Program-made: the position numbers and the translations under genes
Notes under the pieces: model-generated
Databases searched by the model: none
Told to the model about the DNA's origin: nothing
Seen by the model: the letters and a program-made list of their open reading frames with translations, nothing else
In this document: piece by piece, positions 11,006-22,427 of the stretch
Layout: every line of letters begins with the position of its first letter
How positions within the stretch are numbered: the stretch's first letter is position 1
NCBI GenBank assembly: GCA_036796575.1
Contig: DAIRCR010000003.1
Span: forward strand, 161,359 to 225,358
Length of the DNA stretch: 64,000 nt
Direction: 5' to 3'
DNA from: Candidatus Nanopelagicales bacterium
GTDB taxonomy: Bacteria; Actinomycetota; Actinomycetes; S36-B12; UBA5976

Positions 11006-11035
11006 TATTTATGCAACCAACTGGTTGCATAAATA
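11006..11035. promoter_or_regulatory. Perfect 14-bp inverted repeat with a 2-nt spacer (candidate operator or 5'-UTR hairpin)
   Basis: The sequence is TATTTATGCAACCA-AC-TGGTTGCATAAATA. It lies 18 nt upstream of the binding-protein ATG (minus strand) and 43 nt upstream of the thyX ATG, within an 89-nt divergent spacer. Confidence 0.7.
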
Positions 11036-11077
11036 ATTAAGTAACTAAAAGGTAGCGAATATGAATTACTCGGTCAA

Positions 11078-11854
11078 ATGGAGAAAGTGGTGGCAAAGTC
11101 AGGGTTAATTGGGCGCCCCGATAGCCTTATCAACGTGGCCCAAGAGATTTCCTTTAGAAGTGATGTAACTGTCGAGCTGGTGAAGCACTCAGCAGGAGAC
11201 GCAGATGTGCTTTGGGCAGCCCGAGTTTCAACTAAAGGCGATCAATCTGCAGTGGATGTTAATGCTGATTCCGCTGCCTCTGCTGGTTTGATCAACTATT
11301 TGATGCGAGATCGTCACGGTAGCCCATTCGAGCATTCGGTATTTACCTTCTTTGTGCAAGCACCAATTTTTATGTGGCGAGAGCATTTTCGGCACCGGAT
11401 GGCAAGTTACAACGAAGAATCTGGCCGTTACAAAGTTTTAGAACCGATTTTCTACACGCCTAGTCCAGAACGCAAGCTGATCCAAGTTGGTAAAGCTGGA
11501 GCTTACGAATTTGTTGATGGCACTCCAGAGCAATTCGAAGTTGTCACTGCAGAGACTAAGAAGGCCTGCGAAGTTGCCTACGCATCTTATGAAGCAATGC
11601 TGGAAGCGGGAGTAGCACGCGAGGTTGCTCGTATTGTTTTGCCGGTGACTATTTATAGCTCGGCATACGTAACCATGAACGCTCGCGCACTTATGAACTT
11701 TTTGAGCCTGCGGCGTAAAGCAGAAGGTTCTCACTTCCCATCCTTCCCACAACGCGAAATTGAAATGGTTGCAGAAAAGTACGAGTTAGAATTCGAGCGC
11801 ATCATGCCACTTACCCACGCATCATTTGTGGCTAATGGCCGAGTCGCTCCCTAG
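11078..11854 (+). CDS. thyX: Flavin-dependent thymidylate synthase
   Basis: It carries the ThyX signature RHRMASYNEESGRY (RHRxxSxxxxSxR). It sits upstream of dapA-rnj, as in other actinobacteria. Confidence 0.93.
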   Translation: MEKVVAKSGLIGRPDSLINVAQEISFRSDVTVELVKHSAGDADVLWAARVSTKGDQSAVDVNADSAASAGLINYLMRDRHGSPFEHSVFTFFVQAPIFMWREHFRHRMASYNEESGRYKVLEPIFYTPSPERKLIQVGKAGAYEFVDGTPEQFEVVTAETKKACEVAYASYEAMLEAGVAREVARIVLPVTIYSSAYVTMNARALMNFLSLRRKAEGSHFPSFPQREIEMVAEKYELEFERIMPLTHASFVANGRVAP

Positions 11855-11863
11855 GGAATAGGT

Positions 11864-12766
11864 GTGGTTGTGAAAGCTCAAGAGGTTTTTGGCACAGTAC
11901 TGACCGCAATGGTTACACCGTTTACTTCAGATGGAACCAAGATTGATTATGACGCTGCTGCAAAGCTTGCAAATGACTTAGTTGATTTGGGCAATAACGG
12001 TCTAGTAGTTAATGGCACAACAGGTGAATCTCCAACAACAGACGAACACGAAAAACTTGAACTACTCAAAGTTGTAATTGACGCAGTTGGAAGTCGCGCC
12101 AAAGTTGTTGCAGGTGCTGGCTCCAATGACACCGCTCACTCAATTTTGCTAGCTAAAGACGCGCAAAAAGCTGGAGCCCATGGACTGCTTGTCGTCACTC
12201 CTTATTACAACAAGCCACCACAAGCCGGTATTTATGCGCACATGGTTGCAGTGGCTGATTCAACCGATCTGCCCGTAATGATTTATGACATCCCAGGTCG
12301 CTCAGGCGTGCCAATCAACAACGACACCATGCTGCAGCTGGCACAACATCCAAAAATCATCGCCAATAAAGATGCAAAAGGGGATCCTTGGGCAGCATCA
12401 CAAATCATGGCGCAATCGGATCTTGCTTACTATTCAGGTGATGATCCGTTAAACCTTGCACTCCTGGCAATAGGAGCTGTTGGTGTCGTTAGTGTCACCG
12501 GACATATCGTGGCTGATCGCCACAAGTTGATGGTTGAAGCAATGCAAAACAATGACGTTAAAACGGCTCGAGAGATTAATCGATCGCTAGTTCCAATTAC
12601 CGAGGGCATCATGACCCGAGCTGGTGGGGCAATCATGGTGAAAGCAGCGCTTGACCAACTGGGTAGGGCTGGCGGTGGGTCACTTCGCCTGCCGTTAATT
12701 CCAGCAACGGATGATCAAAGGCGAGTACTTCGGGAAGATCTGATTAAGGGTGGCTTCAGTCTGTGA
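11864..12766 (+). CDS. dapA: 4-hydroxy-tetrahydrodipicolinate synthase
   Basis: It has the VNGTTGESPTT motif and the active-site region IANKDAKGD. The GTG start is at 11864 (alternative 11870). Confidence 0.93.
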   Translation: MVVKAQEVFGTVLTAMVTPFTSDGTKIDYDAAAKLANDLVDLGNNGLVVNGTTGESPTTDEHEKLELLKVVIDAVGSRAKVVAGAGSNDTAHSILLAKDAQKAGAHGLLVVTPYYNKPPQAGIYAHMVAVADSTDLPVMIYDIPGRSGVPINNDTMLQLAQHPKIIANKDAKGDPWAASQIMAQSDLAYYSGDDPLNLALLAIGAVGVVSVTGHIVADRHKLMVEAMQNNDVKTAREINRSLVPITEGIMTRAGGAIMVKAALDQLGRAGGGSLRLPLIPATDDQRRVLREDLIKGGFSL

Positions 12767-14448
12767 CATTTTCACAAATTGAGTTACCAACTCCACCTCC
12801 GCTAACTGATGACACATTTCGCGTAGTTGCACTTGGTGGATTAGGCGACATCGGTCGCAACATGACCGTGCTTGAGTATCGCGGGAAATTGCTCATCGTC
12901 GACTGTGGAGTTTTATTTCCAGAAGAAACGCAACCCGGTGTTGATTTAATCTTGCCTGACTTTGCTTACATCCAAGATCGACTTGATGACGTTGCGGCTG
13001 TAATTCTGACGCACGGACATGAAGATCACATCGGAGCAGTCCCTTATTTACTGCGACATAAGCAAGACATGCCGATCGTTGGATCACAACTAACTCTGGC
13101 TTTCATCGAAAGCAAGTTAAAAGAACATCACATAACGGCTTACACGCATGCCGTTAAAGAAGGTATGACAGAGAAGTTTGGAGATTTTTCTGTTGAGTTC
13201 ATCGCAGTAAATCACTCGATCCCAGATGCCCTCGCAGTAGCTGTTACCACGGATGTCGGAACTATTTTGATCACCGGTGATTTCAAGATGGATCAACTTC
13301 CACTTGATGGCCGAGTTACTGACTTAAATGCATTTGCGCGCTTGGGTGACAAAGGCGTGGACCTATTTCTTGTTGATTCAACTAACGCTGAAGTACCGGG
13401 ATTTGTTACGAGCGAAAAAGACATCATCCCAACACTTCAGCAAGTCATTGGTGGCGCGTCAGGTCGAGTCATAGTTGCATCCTTTGCCTCACACGTGCAT
13501 AGAGTTCAGCAAATCATTGATGTTGCAGTAAGAAACAATCGCAAGATTGCATTTGTAGGTCGCTCAATGGTTCGCAACATGGCACTCGCCAGCGATCTTG
13601 GTTACCTAACCATTCCTGGTGGGGCGTTGATTTCAAGTGATGAAATGGCAGACCTACCTGACGATCAAGCAGTTTTAATTTGTACGGGATCCCAAGGCGA
13701 ACCGATGGCTGCATTGGCGCGAATTGCAAATCAAGATCACGCCATCTCGGTAGGACCCGGCGACACCGTAATCCTTGCTTCGTCGTTGATTCCTGGAAAT
13801 GAAAATGCGGTTTATCGAATCATTAACGACCTGACGCGACTTGGGGCGCACGTTGTGCACAAGGGGAATGCCTTGGTGCACGTTTCTGGTCACGCTGCAG
13901 CTGGCGAACTTTTGTACTGCTACAACATAGTTAAACCAAAAAATGTAATGCCAATCCATGGTGAGTGGCGACACTTGAGAGCTAATGCAGACTTGGCAAT
14001 CAAAACCGGAGTGCCTGAGTCAAGAGTGATGCTTGCAGGTGACGGAATTGTCGTCGATCTAGTAAATGGTAAAGCCAACATTGTTGGCGCAGTTCCTTGT
14101 GGCTATGTCTATGTTGAAGGTTCCACGGTCGGAGAAGTATCCGAATCGCTGTTAAAGGATCGCAGGGTACTTGGTGAAGATGGATTCCTATCCATTGTTG
14201 CGGCGATAGATTTTGCCGAGCGTAAAGTTATTGCCGGACCGCAGATTCATGCCAGAGGGTTTAGTAAAGAAGAAAGTGTCTTTGAAGAGATCTTGCCAAA
14301 GATTAAATCAACACTTGAAGCTGCGCTTGCCGATGGTGTGACCGATACCCATCAATTAGGACAAATGGTGCGCAGGGTAGCTGGAAAGTGGGTAGGAGAA
14401 AAGCATCGCCGTCGCCCAATGATCGTGCCATTGATAATTTCCAATTAA
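12763..14448 (+). CDS. rnj: Ribonuclease J
   Basis: It has the metallo-beta-lactamase motif THGHEDHIG plus beta-CASP and C-terminal domains. The product is 561 aa. Its start overlaps the dapA stop as GTGA. Confidence 0.92.
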   Translation: MTFSQIELPTPPPLTDDTFRVVALGGLGDIGRNMTVLEYRGKLLIVDCGVLFPEETQPGVDLILPDFAYIQDRLDDVAAVILTHGHEDHIGAVPYLLRHKQDMPIVGSQLTLAFIESKLKEHHITAYTHAVKEGMTEKFGDFSVEFIAVNHSIPDALAVAVTTDVGTILITGDFKMDQLPLDGRVTDLNAFARLGDKGVDLFLVDSTNAEVPGFVTSEKDIIPTLQQVIGGASGRVIVASFASHVHRVQQIIDVAVRNNRKIAFVGRSMVRNMALASDLGYLTIPGGALISSDEMADLPDDQAVLICTGSQGEPMAALARIANQDHAISVGPGDTVILASSLIPGNENAVYRIINDLTRLGAHVVHKGNALVHVSGHAAAGELLYCYNIVKPKNVMPIHGEWRHLRANADLAIKTGVPESRVMLAGDGIVVDLVNGKANIVGAVPCGYVYVEGSTVGEVSESLLKDRRVLGEDGFLSIVAAIDFAERKVIAGPQIHARGFSKEESVFEEILPKIKSTLEAALADGVTDTHQLGQMVRRVAGKWVGEKHRRRPMIVPLIISN

Positions 14449-14531
14449 CTCAAGCGCTTTAGCCAAAGAATTCCGACACGCCGTAACTCTTGGTGCCAGT
14501 GTTACTGGAGTGTTTCGGATATATTTGTTAT

Positions 14532-17168
14532 ATGGCTTCCCCGTCAGCAGCAAAGACTCGTCCGCGCAGCTCATCAGCATCCCGTCCACAAGGAAGAAAT
14601 TCCGCGTCTGGGCGTGCTCCAGTTAAACCACGAAAGAGCTCAAAGCCTTCTGCGATAACCACCATGTTCCAGGGTCTGCGTAAGTTCGCGACTGCAATTT
14701 GGCTGGGTATCGCCCATGTGATCGGCGCTATTGCACGCGGCATCGGCAAGAGCGCAAGAGACCTTGACCCTGCACATCGCCGTGACGGCTTGGGACTTCT
14801 CTACCTATCTTTAGCAATCGTTGTTGCCGCAGTTATTTGGTTTGATGTGGCTGGATTTGTATCAGGTGTTGTTACAAGTGTGGTTACCGGCGCTGTCGGT
14901 ATCTTCGATGTTCTAGCTCCAGTTGCATTGCTAGTTATTGCAGTTCAAACTTTGCGTCATCCAGACGCACCGTCCCAAAAGAAGGGTCGACTAACCATTG
15001 GTTGGACGCTACTTTCCTTAAGCGTGATGGGCATTGTTCACATCTATCGTGGCAATCCAATTCCATCATCTGGGGCTGGCGCAATGCGCGAAGCATCTGG
15101 TTGGGTTGGCTGGGCGATCACGGCACCATTTGTAAGTGCTGCCGGAACTATTGTTACCGTTTTATTGCTTCTTGTAGTTTCGTTCTTTTCGATTTTGATC
15201 ATTACTGCTACACCAGTTAACGCAATTCCAACAAAGATTCACTCGATCGTAGCCAAGTTCCAGCGCACTGCTGTAGCGGATGAAACTGAAATGTCACATC
15301 CAAACGTTGATGATATTACGGCTGCCCAGGCACAATTGGCCTTAGATCTATCGGTTTCTCCAAATCGCACTTTGTTCAGTCGTCTTCGTCGCAAGAATTC
15401 CAAGCCATCAGATGTTGAACCGGCTTTAGCAATTGGAGAGCTAGCAGGGGATGCGCCATTTGCAACTCCAGTTGTAAGCAATGCGGTCATTGAAGAAGAA
15501 GTTGAACTTGTAGCTGTAGTTGAAGACGTCACTCAGATGAACACAATTGCGGTGGATGTTTTAGCTCCAGTTGTTGAGCACGAAACTCAAGCGGTTTCCT
15601 TGATTACCGAGGCTCCTAAAGCTCCAGTGAATGCGTCGTCACAACCAGCTTCGATGCTTGAAGTCAAGCCAGTTAAGTCTGAGCAACTTCAATTTGTGTC
15701 AGCTTCGAACTACAAGTTGCCAAGTGAATCGCTACTTAAGCCAGGTGCGATTCCTAAGGCACGTACTGCTGCAAACGATGCAGTTATTGAGGCGCTAACT
15801 CAGGTTCTTGAACAATTTGATATTGACGCGAAGGTAACTGGATTCCAGCGCGGCCCAACTGTGACTCGCTACGAAGTTGAACTTGGTCCAAAGGTGAAAG
15901 TGGAACGTGTAACGGCATTAAGTAAGAACATTGCTTATGCAGTTGCCAGTGCAGACGTAAGAATTCTTTCCCCAATTCCTGGCAAGAGCGCAATTGGTAT
16001 TGAAATCCCTAATACCGATCGTGAAGTTGTCTCACTCGGCGATGTAATGCGAAGCGCCGAAGCAGCAGGGGATGATCACCCAATGTTGGTCGGTCTTGGT
16101 AAGGATGTTGAAGGCGGATTCACCGTAGCAAACCTTGCCAAAATGCCACACCTCTTGGTAGCGGGAGCTACCGGTGCCGGTAAGTCCGGTTGTATGAACG
16201 CGCTAATTACCTCAATTTTGATGCGAGCAACTCCAGATGAAGTCCGTATGGTTTTAATCGATCCAAAACGTGTAGAACTAACTGCGTATGAAGGTATCCC
16301 ACACTTAATTAGTCCGATCATTACAAATCCTAAGAAGGCAGCAGAAGCGCTTGCCTGGGTTGTTAAAGAGATGGAAGCTCGTTACGACGATCTTTCTGCT
16401 TACGGATTCCGCCATGTTGATGACTTCAATAAGGCAGTTCGTGGTGGCAAGGTTTCTCCACCAGAAGGTTCACAACGAGTTCTCCGCCCTTACCCATACT
16501 TACTTGTCGTTGTAGATGAGCTTGCAGATTTAATGATGGTCGCTCCACGCGATGTAGAAGACTCGGTAGTTCGAATCACACAGCTGGCTCGTGCTGCCGG
16601 CATTCACCTAGTTCTTGCGACTCAGCGTCCGTCCGTAGATGTTGTTACTGGCTTGATTAAAGCCAACGTACCTAGCCGCTTGGCATTCTCAACTTCCAGC
16701 CTTGCTGATAGTCGAGTGATTTTGGATCAGCCTGGTGCCGAAAAATTGGTTGGTCAGGGCGATGGTTTGTTCCTGCCAATGGGAACTTCCAAGCCAATTC
16801 GAATTCAGTGCTCATGGGTTACCGAAGCAGAAATTCGCGCAGTGGTTGCACATGCAAAGGGACAGATGGCACCGCAGTACCGCGAAGACATCGTGGCTCC
16901 GATTGCAGCTTCCCGAGAGATTGATGGAGACATCGGAAACGACCTCGATGACTTACTAGCAGCCGTTGAATTAGTGGTTTCTACTCAGTTCGGTTCAACT
17001 TCTATGCTGCAGCGCAAACTTCGAATTGGTTTCGCTAAAGCCGGACGATTAATGGATCTAATGGAATCTCGAAACATCGTGGGTCCATCTGAAGGCTCAA
17101 AGGCGCGCGAGGTATTAGTAACTGCTGAAGATCTAGCGGGAACAATTGCATTGATCCGCGGCGAGTAG
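14532..17168 (+). CDS. ftsK: DNA translocase FtsK
   Basis: It has N-terminal TM helices, a long low-complexity linker, Walker [10 protein letters not shown] and a C-terminal gamma winged helix ([21 protein letters not shown]). I prefer ATG 14532 over the upstream TTG at 14490. Confidence 0.93.
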   Translation: MASPSAAKTRPRSSSASRPQGRNSASGRAPVKPRKSSKPSAITTMFQGLRKFATAIWLGIAHVIGAIARGIGKSARDLDPAHRRDGLGLLYLSLAIVVAAVIWFDVAGFVSGVVTSVVTGAVGIFDVLAPVALLVIAVQTLRHPDAPSQKKGRLTIGWTLLSLSVMGIVHIYRGNPIPSSGAGAMREASGWVGWAITAPFVSAAGTIVTVLLLLVVSFFSILIITATPVNAIPTKIHSIVAKFQRTAVADETEMSHPNVDDITAAQAQLALDLSVSPNRTLFSRLRRKNSKPSDVEPALAIGELAGDAPFATPVVSNAVIEEEVELVAVVEDVTQMNTIAVDVLAPVVEHETQAVSLITEAPKAPVNASSQPASMLEVKPVKSEQLQFVSASNYKLPSESLLKPGAIPKARTAANDAVIEALTQVLEQFDIDAKVTGFQRGPTVTRYEVELGPKVKVERVTALSKNIAYAVASADVRILSPIPGKSAIGIEIPNTDREVVSLGDVMRSAEAAGDDHPMLVGLGKDVEGGFTVANLAKMPHLLVAGATGAGKSGCMNALITSILMRATPDEVRMVLIDPKRVELTAYEGIPHLISPIITNPKKAAEALAWVVKEMEARYDDLSAYGFRHVDDFNKAVRGGKVSPPEGSQRVLRPYPYLLVVVDELADLMMVAPRDVEDSVVRITQLARAAGIHLVLATQRPSVDVVTGLIKANVPSRLAFSTSSLADSRVILDQPGAEKLVGQGDGLFLPMGTSKPIRIQCSWVTEAEIRAVVAHAKGQMAPQYREDIVAPIAASREIDGDIGNDLDDLLAAVELVVSTQFGSTSMLQRKLRIGFAKAGRLMDLMESRNIVGPSEGSKAREVLVTAEDLAGTIALIRGE

Positions 17169-17178
17169 GCTTCACAGC

Positions 17179-18561
17179 GTGACCGCTAATCCTCGTGTAT
17201 CTATAGTTTCTCTAGGTTGCTCACGTAACGACGTTGATTCTGAAGAACTTGCTGGTCGATTAACTGCCGATGGCTGGAACTTAGTTGCTGATGGTGAAGC
17301 AACCGATTTAGTACTCGTTAACACTTGCGGATTTATTGAGCAAGCTAAGAAAGATTCGATTGACACAATTTTAGAAGCTAGTGAATTGCTTGCCGGTAAT
17401 GGCAAAGTAGTGGCCGTCGGCTGCTTGGCACAAAGATACGGCAAGGAACTTGCGGCCGAACTTCCCGAAGCAGATGCAGTGTTGAGTTTTGACGATTATG
17501 CCGAGATCGGTTCCACGCTTCGAAAAGTTCTAGCTGGGGAAAGTATCGTTCCACATACTCCAGGAGATCGAAGGAAGTTACTTCCAATTTCACCAGCTGA
17601 TAGGCAGTTAGCCAGCGAAGATGTCTCAACGCCAGGCATGGGGCCGCATGTGTATCGCAAACGTCTTGAGTCCACACCTTGGGCGCCGCTAAAGATTGCC
17701 TCTGGTTGCGACCGCAGATGTACCTTCTGTGCGATCCCGGCTTTTCGTGGCTCATTCGTTTCGCGTGATCCAGGTGAGATTTTTGAAGAGGCTGCTTGGC
17801 TTGGTGAAAATGGCGTTCGTGAACTTCTTTTAGTTAGTGAGAATTCAACTTCATATGGCAAAGACCTTGGGGACTTGAGGTTGCTCGAAAAACTCTTACC
17901 TCTTTTGGTGCAGCCAGAAGGAATTGAATGGGTTCGGGTTTCATATTTACAGCCCGCTGAAATGCGCCCAGATCTAATCAGCGTGATCGCTAATACTCCT
18001 GGCATCGTTCCTTACTTTGATCTGTCATTTCAACATGCCAGCAATGCGGTATTGCGCCGGATGAAGAGATTTGGTGGAACTGACAGCTTCCTAGATCTAT
18101 TGAGTGCAATTCGAATTCATAACCCACTGGCTGGAGCGCGAACCAACTTCATTGTTGGCTTCCCAGGGGAAACTGACGAAGACGTCACTGAATTGATTAA
18201 CTTCATCGAAGGCGCACGCCTAGATGCAATCGGCGTATTTGCTTATTCGGACGAAGATGGCACGGCAGCTGTAAAACTAGATGGTCACCTTCCGGAACAC
18301 GAAGTGCAAGCCAGACACGAAGCCGTGAGCAGGGTAGCTTTGCGCGTCAGCGAAGATGTTGCGCGCAGCCGCATCGGGCAAGAAGTTTCGGTGTTAATTG
18401 AAGAAGTCGGAAATCAAGGGCGAAGTGAACATCAAGGCCCTGAGGTTGATGGCTCGACAACCGTTGAGACAGCCGAACAATTGCCAATTGGAACTATCGT
18501 TCGAGCGGTTGTAATCGATGCAATCGGCGTTGATTTAGTTGCTAAGCAGATTCAGTCATGA
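17179..18561 (+). CDS. rimO: Ribosomal protein S12 methylthiotransferase RimO
   Basis: It has the N-terminal [13 protein letters not shown] motif, the radical-SAM [11 protein letters not shown] motif and a C-terminal TRAM domain. Confidence 0.85.
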   Translation: MTANPRVSIVSLGCSRNDVDSEELAGRLTADGWNLVADGEATDLVLVNTCGFIEQAKKDSIDTILEASELLAGNGKVVAVGCLAQRYGKELAAELPEADAVLSFDDYAEIGSTLRKVLAGESIVPHTPGDRRKLLPISPADRQLASEDVSTPGMGPHVYRKRLESTPWAPLKIASGCDRRCTFCAIPAFRGSFVSRDPGEIFEEAAWLGENGVRELLLVSENSTSYGKDLGDLRLLEKLLPLLVQPEGIEWVRVSYLQPAEMRPDLISVIANTPGIVPYFDLSFQHASNAVLRRMKRFGGTDSFLDLLSAIRIHNPLAGARTNFIVGFPGETDEDVTELINFIEGARLDAIGVFAYSDEDGTAAVKLDGHLPEHEVQARHEAVSRVALRVSEDVARSRIGQEVSVLIEEVGNQGRSEHQGPEVDGSTTVETAEQLPIGTIVRAVVIDAIGVDLVAKQIQS

Positions 18562-19148
18562 CGCACTTACCAACTCCAGATCACTTAGGCGATCCAAACA
18601 ATGAAGTTCCGATTTTGAACATTCCAAACCTGCTTACGGTGGCTCGATTGTTCATGGTTCCAATTTTTGGATACTTAGTTCTGGCAGTTGAGCAAACAGA
18701 TTCGGCGCAGTGGGCGAGTGCTGCTGTGTTTTTGATTGCAGCATTGACTGACTTGGTAGATGGAGTTTGGGCCAGACGCTATGGCTTAGTTACAAACTTT
18801 GGAAAGATCGCTGATCCGATTGCAGATAAAGCATTGATTGGCACGGCATTGATTGCGCTATCGATCCAAGGTGAAATCGCATGGTGGGTAACTGGAGTAA
18901 TCATCTTTAGAGAAGTTGCCATTACTTTGTTGCGATTCTGGGTTATTAAGCAAGGAGTTATCCCAGCCAGTCGCGGTGGAAAAGTTAAAACCGTAAGTCA
19001 GATTATTGCGATAGTGGCATTCCTAATTCCACTCAATGGCTGGGTTGACGCCGTTGCTCAAACGTCGCTAGGTGTTGCCTTGGCACTAACAATTACTACT
19101 GGAATCGACTACGTGTTAAAAGCGCGAGTTCATCCACGCAGTAGTTAA
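18558..19148 (+). CDS. pgsA: CDP-diacylglycerol--glycerol-3-phosphate 3-phosphatidyltransferase
   Basis: It has the CDP-alcohol phosphatidyltransferase motif [27 protein letters not shown]. Its start overlaps the rimO stop as ATGA. Confidence 0.88.
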   Translation: MTHLPTPDHLGDPNNEVPILNIPNLLTVARLFMVPIFGYLVLAVEQTDSAQWASAAVFLIAALTDLVDGVWARRYGLVTNFGKIADPIADKALIGTALIALSIQGEIAWWVTGVIIFREVAITLLRFWVIKQGVIPASRGGKVKTVSQIIAIVAFLIPLNGWVDAVAQTSLGVALALTITTGIDYVLKARVHPRSS

Positions 19149-19186
19149 AGTCTTTGGCATACTAGGCGAATGAAACGAGCCGCATA

Positions 19187-19696
19187 ATGACTACCGACAT
19201 TGATTCCTTAGCTGTAACTGTCGTGTTTGCAATGCAAGGACGCACTGTAGCAACAGCCGAGTCGATTACCGGTGGCCAACTTGGTTCGACGATTACTTCG
19301 ATTCCAGGCGCCTCCCAGATTTTTCGCGGTGGAGTTATCGCTTATGCAACAGACTTGAAGTCCAGTTTGTTAGGCGTATCTGAAACTTTGCTGGCTGAAG
19401 GTGGAGCCGTACAGGCGCAAGTGGCATTAGAAATGGCTACTGGCGTTGCAAGCAAGTTAAATGCGGATTTTGGATTGGCCGTAACTGGCGTTGCTGGTCC
19501 GGCGTCGCAAGATGGTCACTTGCCAGGCACGGTTTTTGTTGCTTGCGTGATGCGTGATGAGCAAGGAACCGTAATTGATTCGGCAGTAGATGAGCTACAT
19601 CTGTTTCCCGAGACTGATGATCCAAGGGATGCACGAGATCAGGTAAGAGAAGAGACGGTCGCTGCAGCCCTTGAGCTTTTGCTCACAATGCTCTAA
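19187..19696 (+). CDS. CinA C-terminal domain protein (PncC-like nicotinamide-nucleotide amidohydrolase)
   Basis: The 169-aa product contains AESITGGQLGSTITSIPGAS, the CinA-C signature. The pgsA-cinA-HTH order is conserved in actinobacteria. Confidence 0.85.
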   Translation: MTTDIDSLAVTVVFAMQGRTVATAESITGGQLGSTITSIPGASQIFRGGVIAYATDLKSSLLGVSETLLAEGGAVQAQVALEMATGVASKLNADFGLAVTGVAGPASQDGHLPGTVFVACVMRDEQGTVIDSAVDELHLFPETDDPRDARDQVREETVAAALELLLTML

Positions 19697-19795
19697 ATAC
19701 GTCTCCAATGTCTCGAATGTCAGGGTTTATCCCCAGATTTATTGGGCATAACTAACGACAAGACGCAAACAACGGATTCTTGATATGATGAAGGA

Positions 19796-20194
19796 ATGGA
19801 ACGCGATATGACTCAGCAACAGGTTATGAATACCTCAGCAAGATCTGCCGCGACTCCAAATCAGTTCCCTCTGACTCACACCGTAAAGATCGCGGATCCG
19901 AGTGCCACTCCGGTCTACGGCAAGAAGATGATTCTTATGCGGCAGGTCATTGGCGAAGAATTGCGCCGTCGCCGCAATGAACAAGGACGAACCTTGCGTG
20001 ACGTATCTCGCGATGCTCAGGTCTCATTGGGTTACTTGTCAGAACTAGAACGCGGCCAAAAAGAGGCATCTTCGGAGCTTTTGGCAGCTGTCTGCAATGC
20101 TTTAGACACCCCGCTTTCCAGCTTGCTAGCCGGAGTAAGCACTGAGGTATCCCGGCGCGAAGCCATGATGGCTGACCGTTTTTCTATCGCTTAA
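19796..20194 (+). CDS. XRE-family helix-turn-helix regulator, ClgR-like
   Basis: The HTH core is [37 protein letters not shown]. Its position after pgsA/cinA matches ClgR (Rv2745c-type). The true start is uncertain because there are several in-frame Met codons. Confidence 0.75.
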   Translation: MERDMTQQQVMNTSARSAATPNQFPLTHTVKIADPSATPVYGKKMILMRQVIGEELRRRRNEQGRTLRDVSRDAQVSLGYLSELERGQKEASSELLAAVCNALDTPLSSLLAGVSTEVSRREAMMADRFSIA

Positions 20195-20267
20195 TTTTCT
20201 CCAACGCAAGAACATTACTAAAGCCGAATAGTGGCAATCTGATAGTTATGTCAGGTAAGTTCAAAGT

Positions 20268-21230
20268 GTGTCTGCTGCTAATCCATCACAAATTCAACGG
20301 CACATTAATGGTTATCTAGATCATTTACTTGTCGAACGTGGGCTAGCTAAGAATTCCATGTCTGCGTATCGTCGGGATTTGGCTCGGTACCAAGAGTTTC
20401 TGGAAAGTCGCCGGATCACAGAGTTTTCGGGCGTTACAGCAAATGAAATCTCGGAGTTCTTAATCAGATTAAGACTCGGCAGCGACCAGCATCCTGCGTT
20501 GGCACCCTCCTCAGCTGCCCGAACCTTAATTGCGGTTCGCGGTCTGCATGCGTTTTTAGCAAAAGAAGGAATTACTACCTCTGACTCGGCTCGAGCCGTT
20601 AAGCCACCAGGCATATCTAAACGTCTACCTAAGGCTTTGACTTTTGCAGAAATTGAGAGATTGCTAGCCGCAGTTGGGGCTGGAAGTGATTCTGATTTGT
20701 CGGTTCTCATGATGCGGGATCACGCACTGCTGGAATTGCTTTACGGAACTGGCGCGCGCATATCTGAGCTAACAGACTTGAGTTTGGACGATGTTTCGAC
20801 ACTTTCCAAGGACCTACCGATCCTGCGCCTTAAGGGTAAAGGAAATAAGGAGCGACTCGTTCCGGTGGGATCCCACGCGCTGCGAGCTTTAGAACGTTAT
20901 TTGGTTCGAAGTAGGCCAGTGCTGTCAGGGAAATCAACCTCTAGTTCGGCGCTATTTTTGAATGCTCGGGGCTCAAAGCTATCCCGACAAAGCGCGTGGA
21001 CAATTCTGCAGGCAGCCGCGCACCGTGCGGATCTGGCCGGCAAGGTTTCACCGCACACCATGAGGCACTCGTTTGCCACGCATTTACTGGAAAATGGCGC
21101 CGATGTCCGAGTTGTTCAGGAGCTTTTAGGGCACGCGTCAGTCACCACGACCCAGATCTACACTTTGGTGACTGTTGACCAGTTGCGTGAGGTTTATGCC
21201 ACGGCCCATCCGCGAGCCCAAGCTCGGTAA
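20268..21230 (+). CDS. xerD: Tyrosine recombinase XerD
   Basis: The C-terminal catalytic region reads [37 protein letters not shown]. The context (parA-like, scpA, scpB) matches chromosomal XerD rather than a mobile-element integrase. Confidence 0.88.
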   Translation: MSAANPSQIQRHINGYLDHLLVERGLAKNSMSAYRRDLARYQEFLESRRITEFSGVTANEISEFLIRLRLGSDQHPALAPSSAARTLIAVRGLHAFLAKEGITTSDSARAVKPPGISKRLPKALTFAEIERLLAAVGAGSDSDLSVLMMRDHALLELLYGTGARISELTDLSLDDVSTLSKDLPILRLKGKGNKERLVPVGSHALRALERYLVRSRPVLSGKSTSSSALFLNARGSKLSRQSAWTILQAAAHRADLAGKVSPHTMRHSFATHLLENGADVRVVQELLGHASVTTTQIYTLVTVDQLREVYATAHPRAQAR

Positions 21231-21395
21231 TTCGGGCCCAATTTCGAGTGCGACACCAACGCAAAAGCCACCTTGCATCCCAGTGTTTATTGGGAAAAGG
21301 GCTTAATCTAAAGTAGTCGTAACTTCCTCAGCGACAATCAATTCTGGCTCGACGGAATATTTCTGTTGGCCACGTGTGTGCTGGGAAGGATAGTT

Positions 21396-22427
21396 ATGAC
21401 AGTTCCAATTCCTCAGGATCAGAGTTTAAGCGATCCATTAGCTGCCACAGCAATGCCAGTTTCGGCCCCGATAGCAACCGAATCAACGCCAGTTTTGCCA
21501 ATTGATCATGAAGCTTCAGTAACGCCAATTGTGACTACCGAAGAAACAAAGACTCCTGGCGTGATCCTCGGGCTAACTGGTCGACCACTTCCAACTTTTA
21601 GCGCGCCTAAACCTTTGTCGAGTCATGGTCCGGCGTACATCATTGCAATGACAAATCAAAAGGGCGGTGTTGGTAAAACAACAACCACAATCAATCTTGG
21701 CGCAGCTCTAGCTGAAGCAGGCAGAAAAGTTTTGATGGTTGATATGGATCCACAAGGTTCACTTTCAATCGGTCTTGGTGTTAACCCAGATGATCTTGGT
21801 GGCAAGCGAACTGTCTACGACATGTTGATGGATTCAAGTTCGGTACCTGCATCAGATGTTGTAATGAAGACCTCGGTAGCCGGTCTTGATTTGTTACCAG
21901 CAAACATCCAATTGAGCGCTGCTGAATTGCGACTTGCCGGTGAAGTAGCGCGTGAATACGCACTTGATCGAGCATTTGAATCAGTGCGTCCGCTTTATGA
22001 CTACATCTTGATCGATTGTCAGCCTTCACTAGGTCTGCTAACCGTTAACGCGCTAACTGCTGCTGATGGCGTAGTAATTCCGATGGAATGTGAGTTCTTT
22101 GCGCTTCGTGGAGTTGAAATGCTTCGGGAGACAATTACCAAGGTGCAAGAGCGCCTAAACAATCGTTTAACTATTGATGGCGTACTTCCAACCATGGTTG
22201 ACGCGCGTACTTTGCACACCAGAGAAACAATTCAAGCTGTGCTTGATGCGTTTGGAGATTCGGTATTCCATACCACCATCAGCCGCACGGTTAAGTTCCC
22301 AGAAACAACAAAAGCTGGTGTTTCGATAATTGAGCAAGCACCAAACTCATCCGGTGCCCAGAATTATCGCAACCTTGCTTGGGAACTTGTATCTCGCCTA
22401 GAGGCCCAAGGCTCGGTTGCTAAGTAA
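21396..22427 (+). CDS. ParA/Soj-family ATPase (PldP-like, the ParA paralogue upstream of scpAB)
   Basis: It has the deviant Walker A KGGVGKTTTT and a ~75-aa low-complexity N-terminal extension. ATG 21396 is preceded by GGAAGGA. Confidence 0.85.
   Translation: MTVPIPQDQSLSDPLAATAMPVSAPIATESTPVLPIDHEASVTPIVTTEETKTPGVILGLTGRPLPTFSAPKPLSSHGPAYIIAMTNQKGGVGKTTTTINLGAALAEAGRKVLMVDMDPQGSLSIGLGVNPDDLGGKRTVYDMLMDSSSVPASDVVMKTSVAGLDLLPANIQLSAAELRLAGEVAREYALDRAFESVRPLYDYILIDCQPSLGLLTVNALTAADGVVIPMECEFFALRGVEMLRETITKVQERLNNRLTIDGVLPTMVDARTLHTRETIQAVLDAFGDSVFHTTISRTVKFPETTKAGVSIIEQAPNSSGAQNYRNLAWELVSRLEAQGSVAK

Noticed and set aside
10997-11015. A TTAGGCTA... stretch next to the iron-type ABC operon might be an IdeR/DtxR iron box.
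   Set aside because: Only about 8 of 19 positions match the TTAGGTTAGGCTAACCTAA consensus as I remember it, and the stretch itself has no dyad symmetry.
14490-14531. The ORF track gives longer starts for ftsK (14490), rpsA (37793), gap (51759), pgk (52708), rpsO (560), the binding protein (28499), sufB (60085) and the M16 peptidase (3323).
   Set aside because: The extensions are non-conserved, often overlap the upstream gene and lack an RBS. The internal ATG or GTG starts I chose give canonical N-termini and usually have a Shine-Dalgarno sequence.
19177-19204. GAGCCGCATAATGACTACCGACATTGAT might be a dif site, because xerD and ftsK are in the window.
   Set aside because: Only the left arm (CGCATAA) resembles dif. 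The right arm lacks the inverted TTATG element. The sequence overlaps the cinA-domain gene start.
20268-21230. The tyrosine recombinase might mark an integrated mobile element.
   Set aside because: It has the full XerD catalytic signature and sits in the conserved xerD-parA-like-scpAB context. There are no flanking repeats, tRNA or cargo genes.
21365-21381. A CACGTG-centred sequence upstream of the parA-like gene might be a parS site.
   Set aside because: GTTGGCCACGTGTGTGC matches the parS consensus TGTTTCACGTGAAACA poorly outside the central hexamer, and it is not palindromic.
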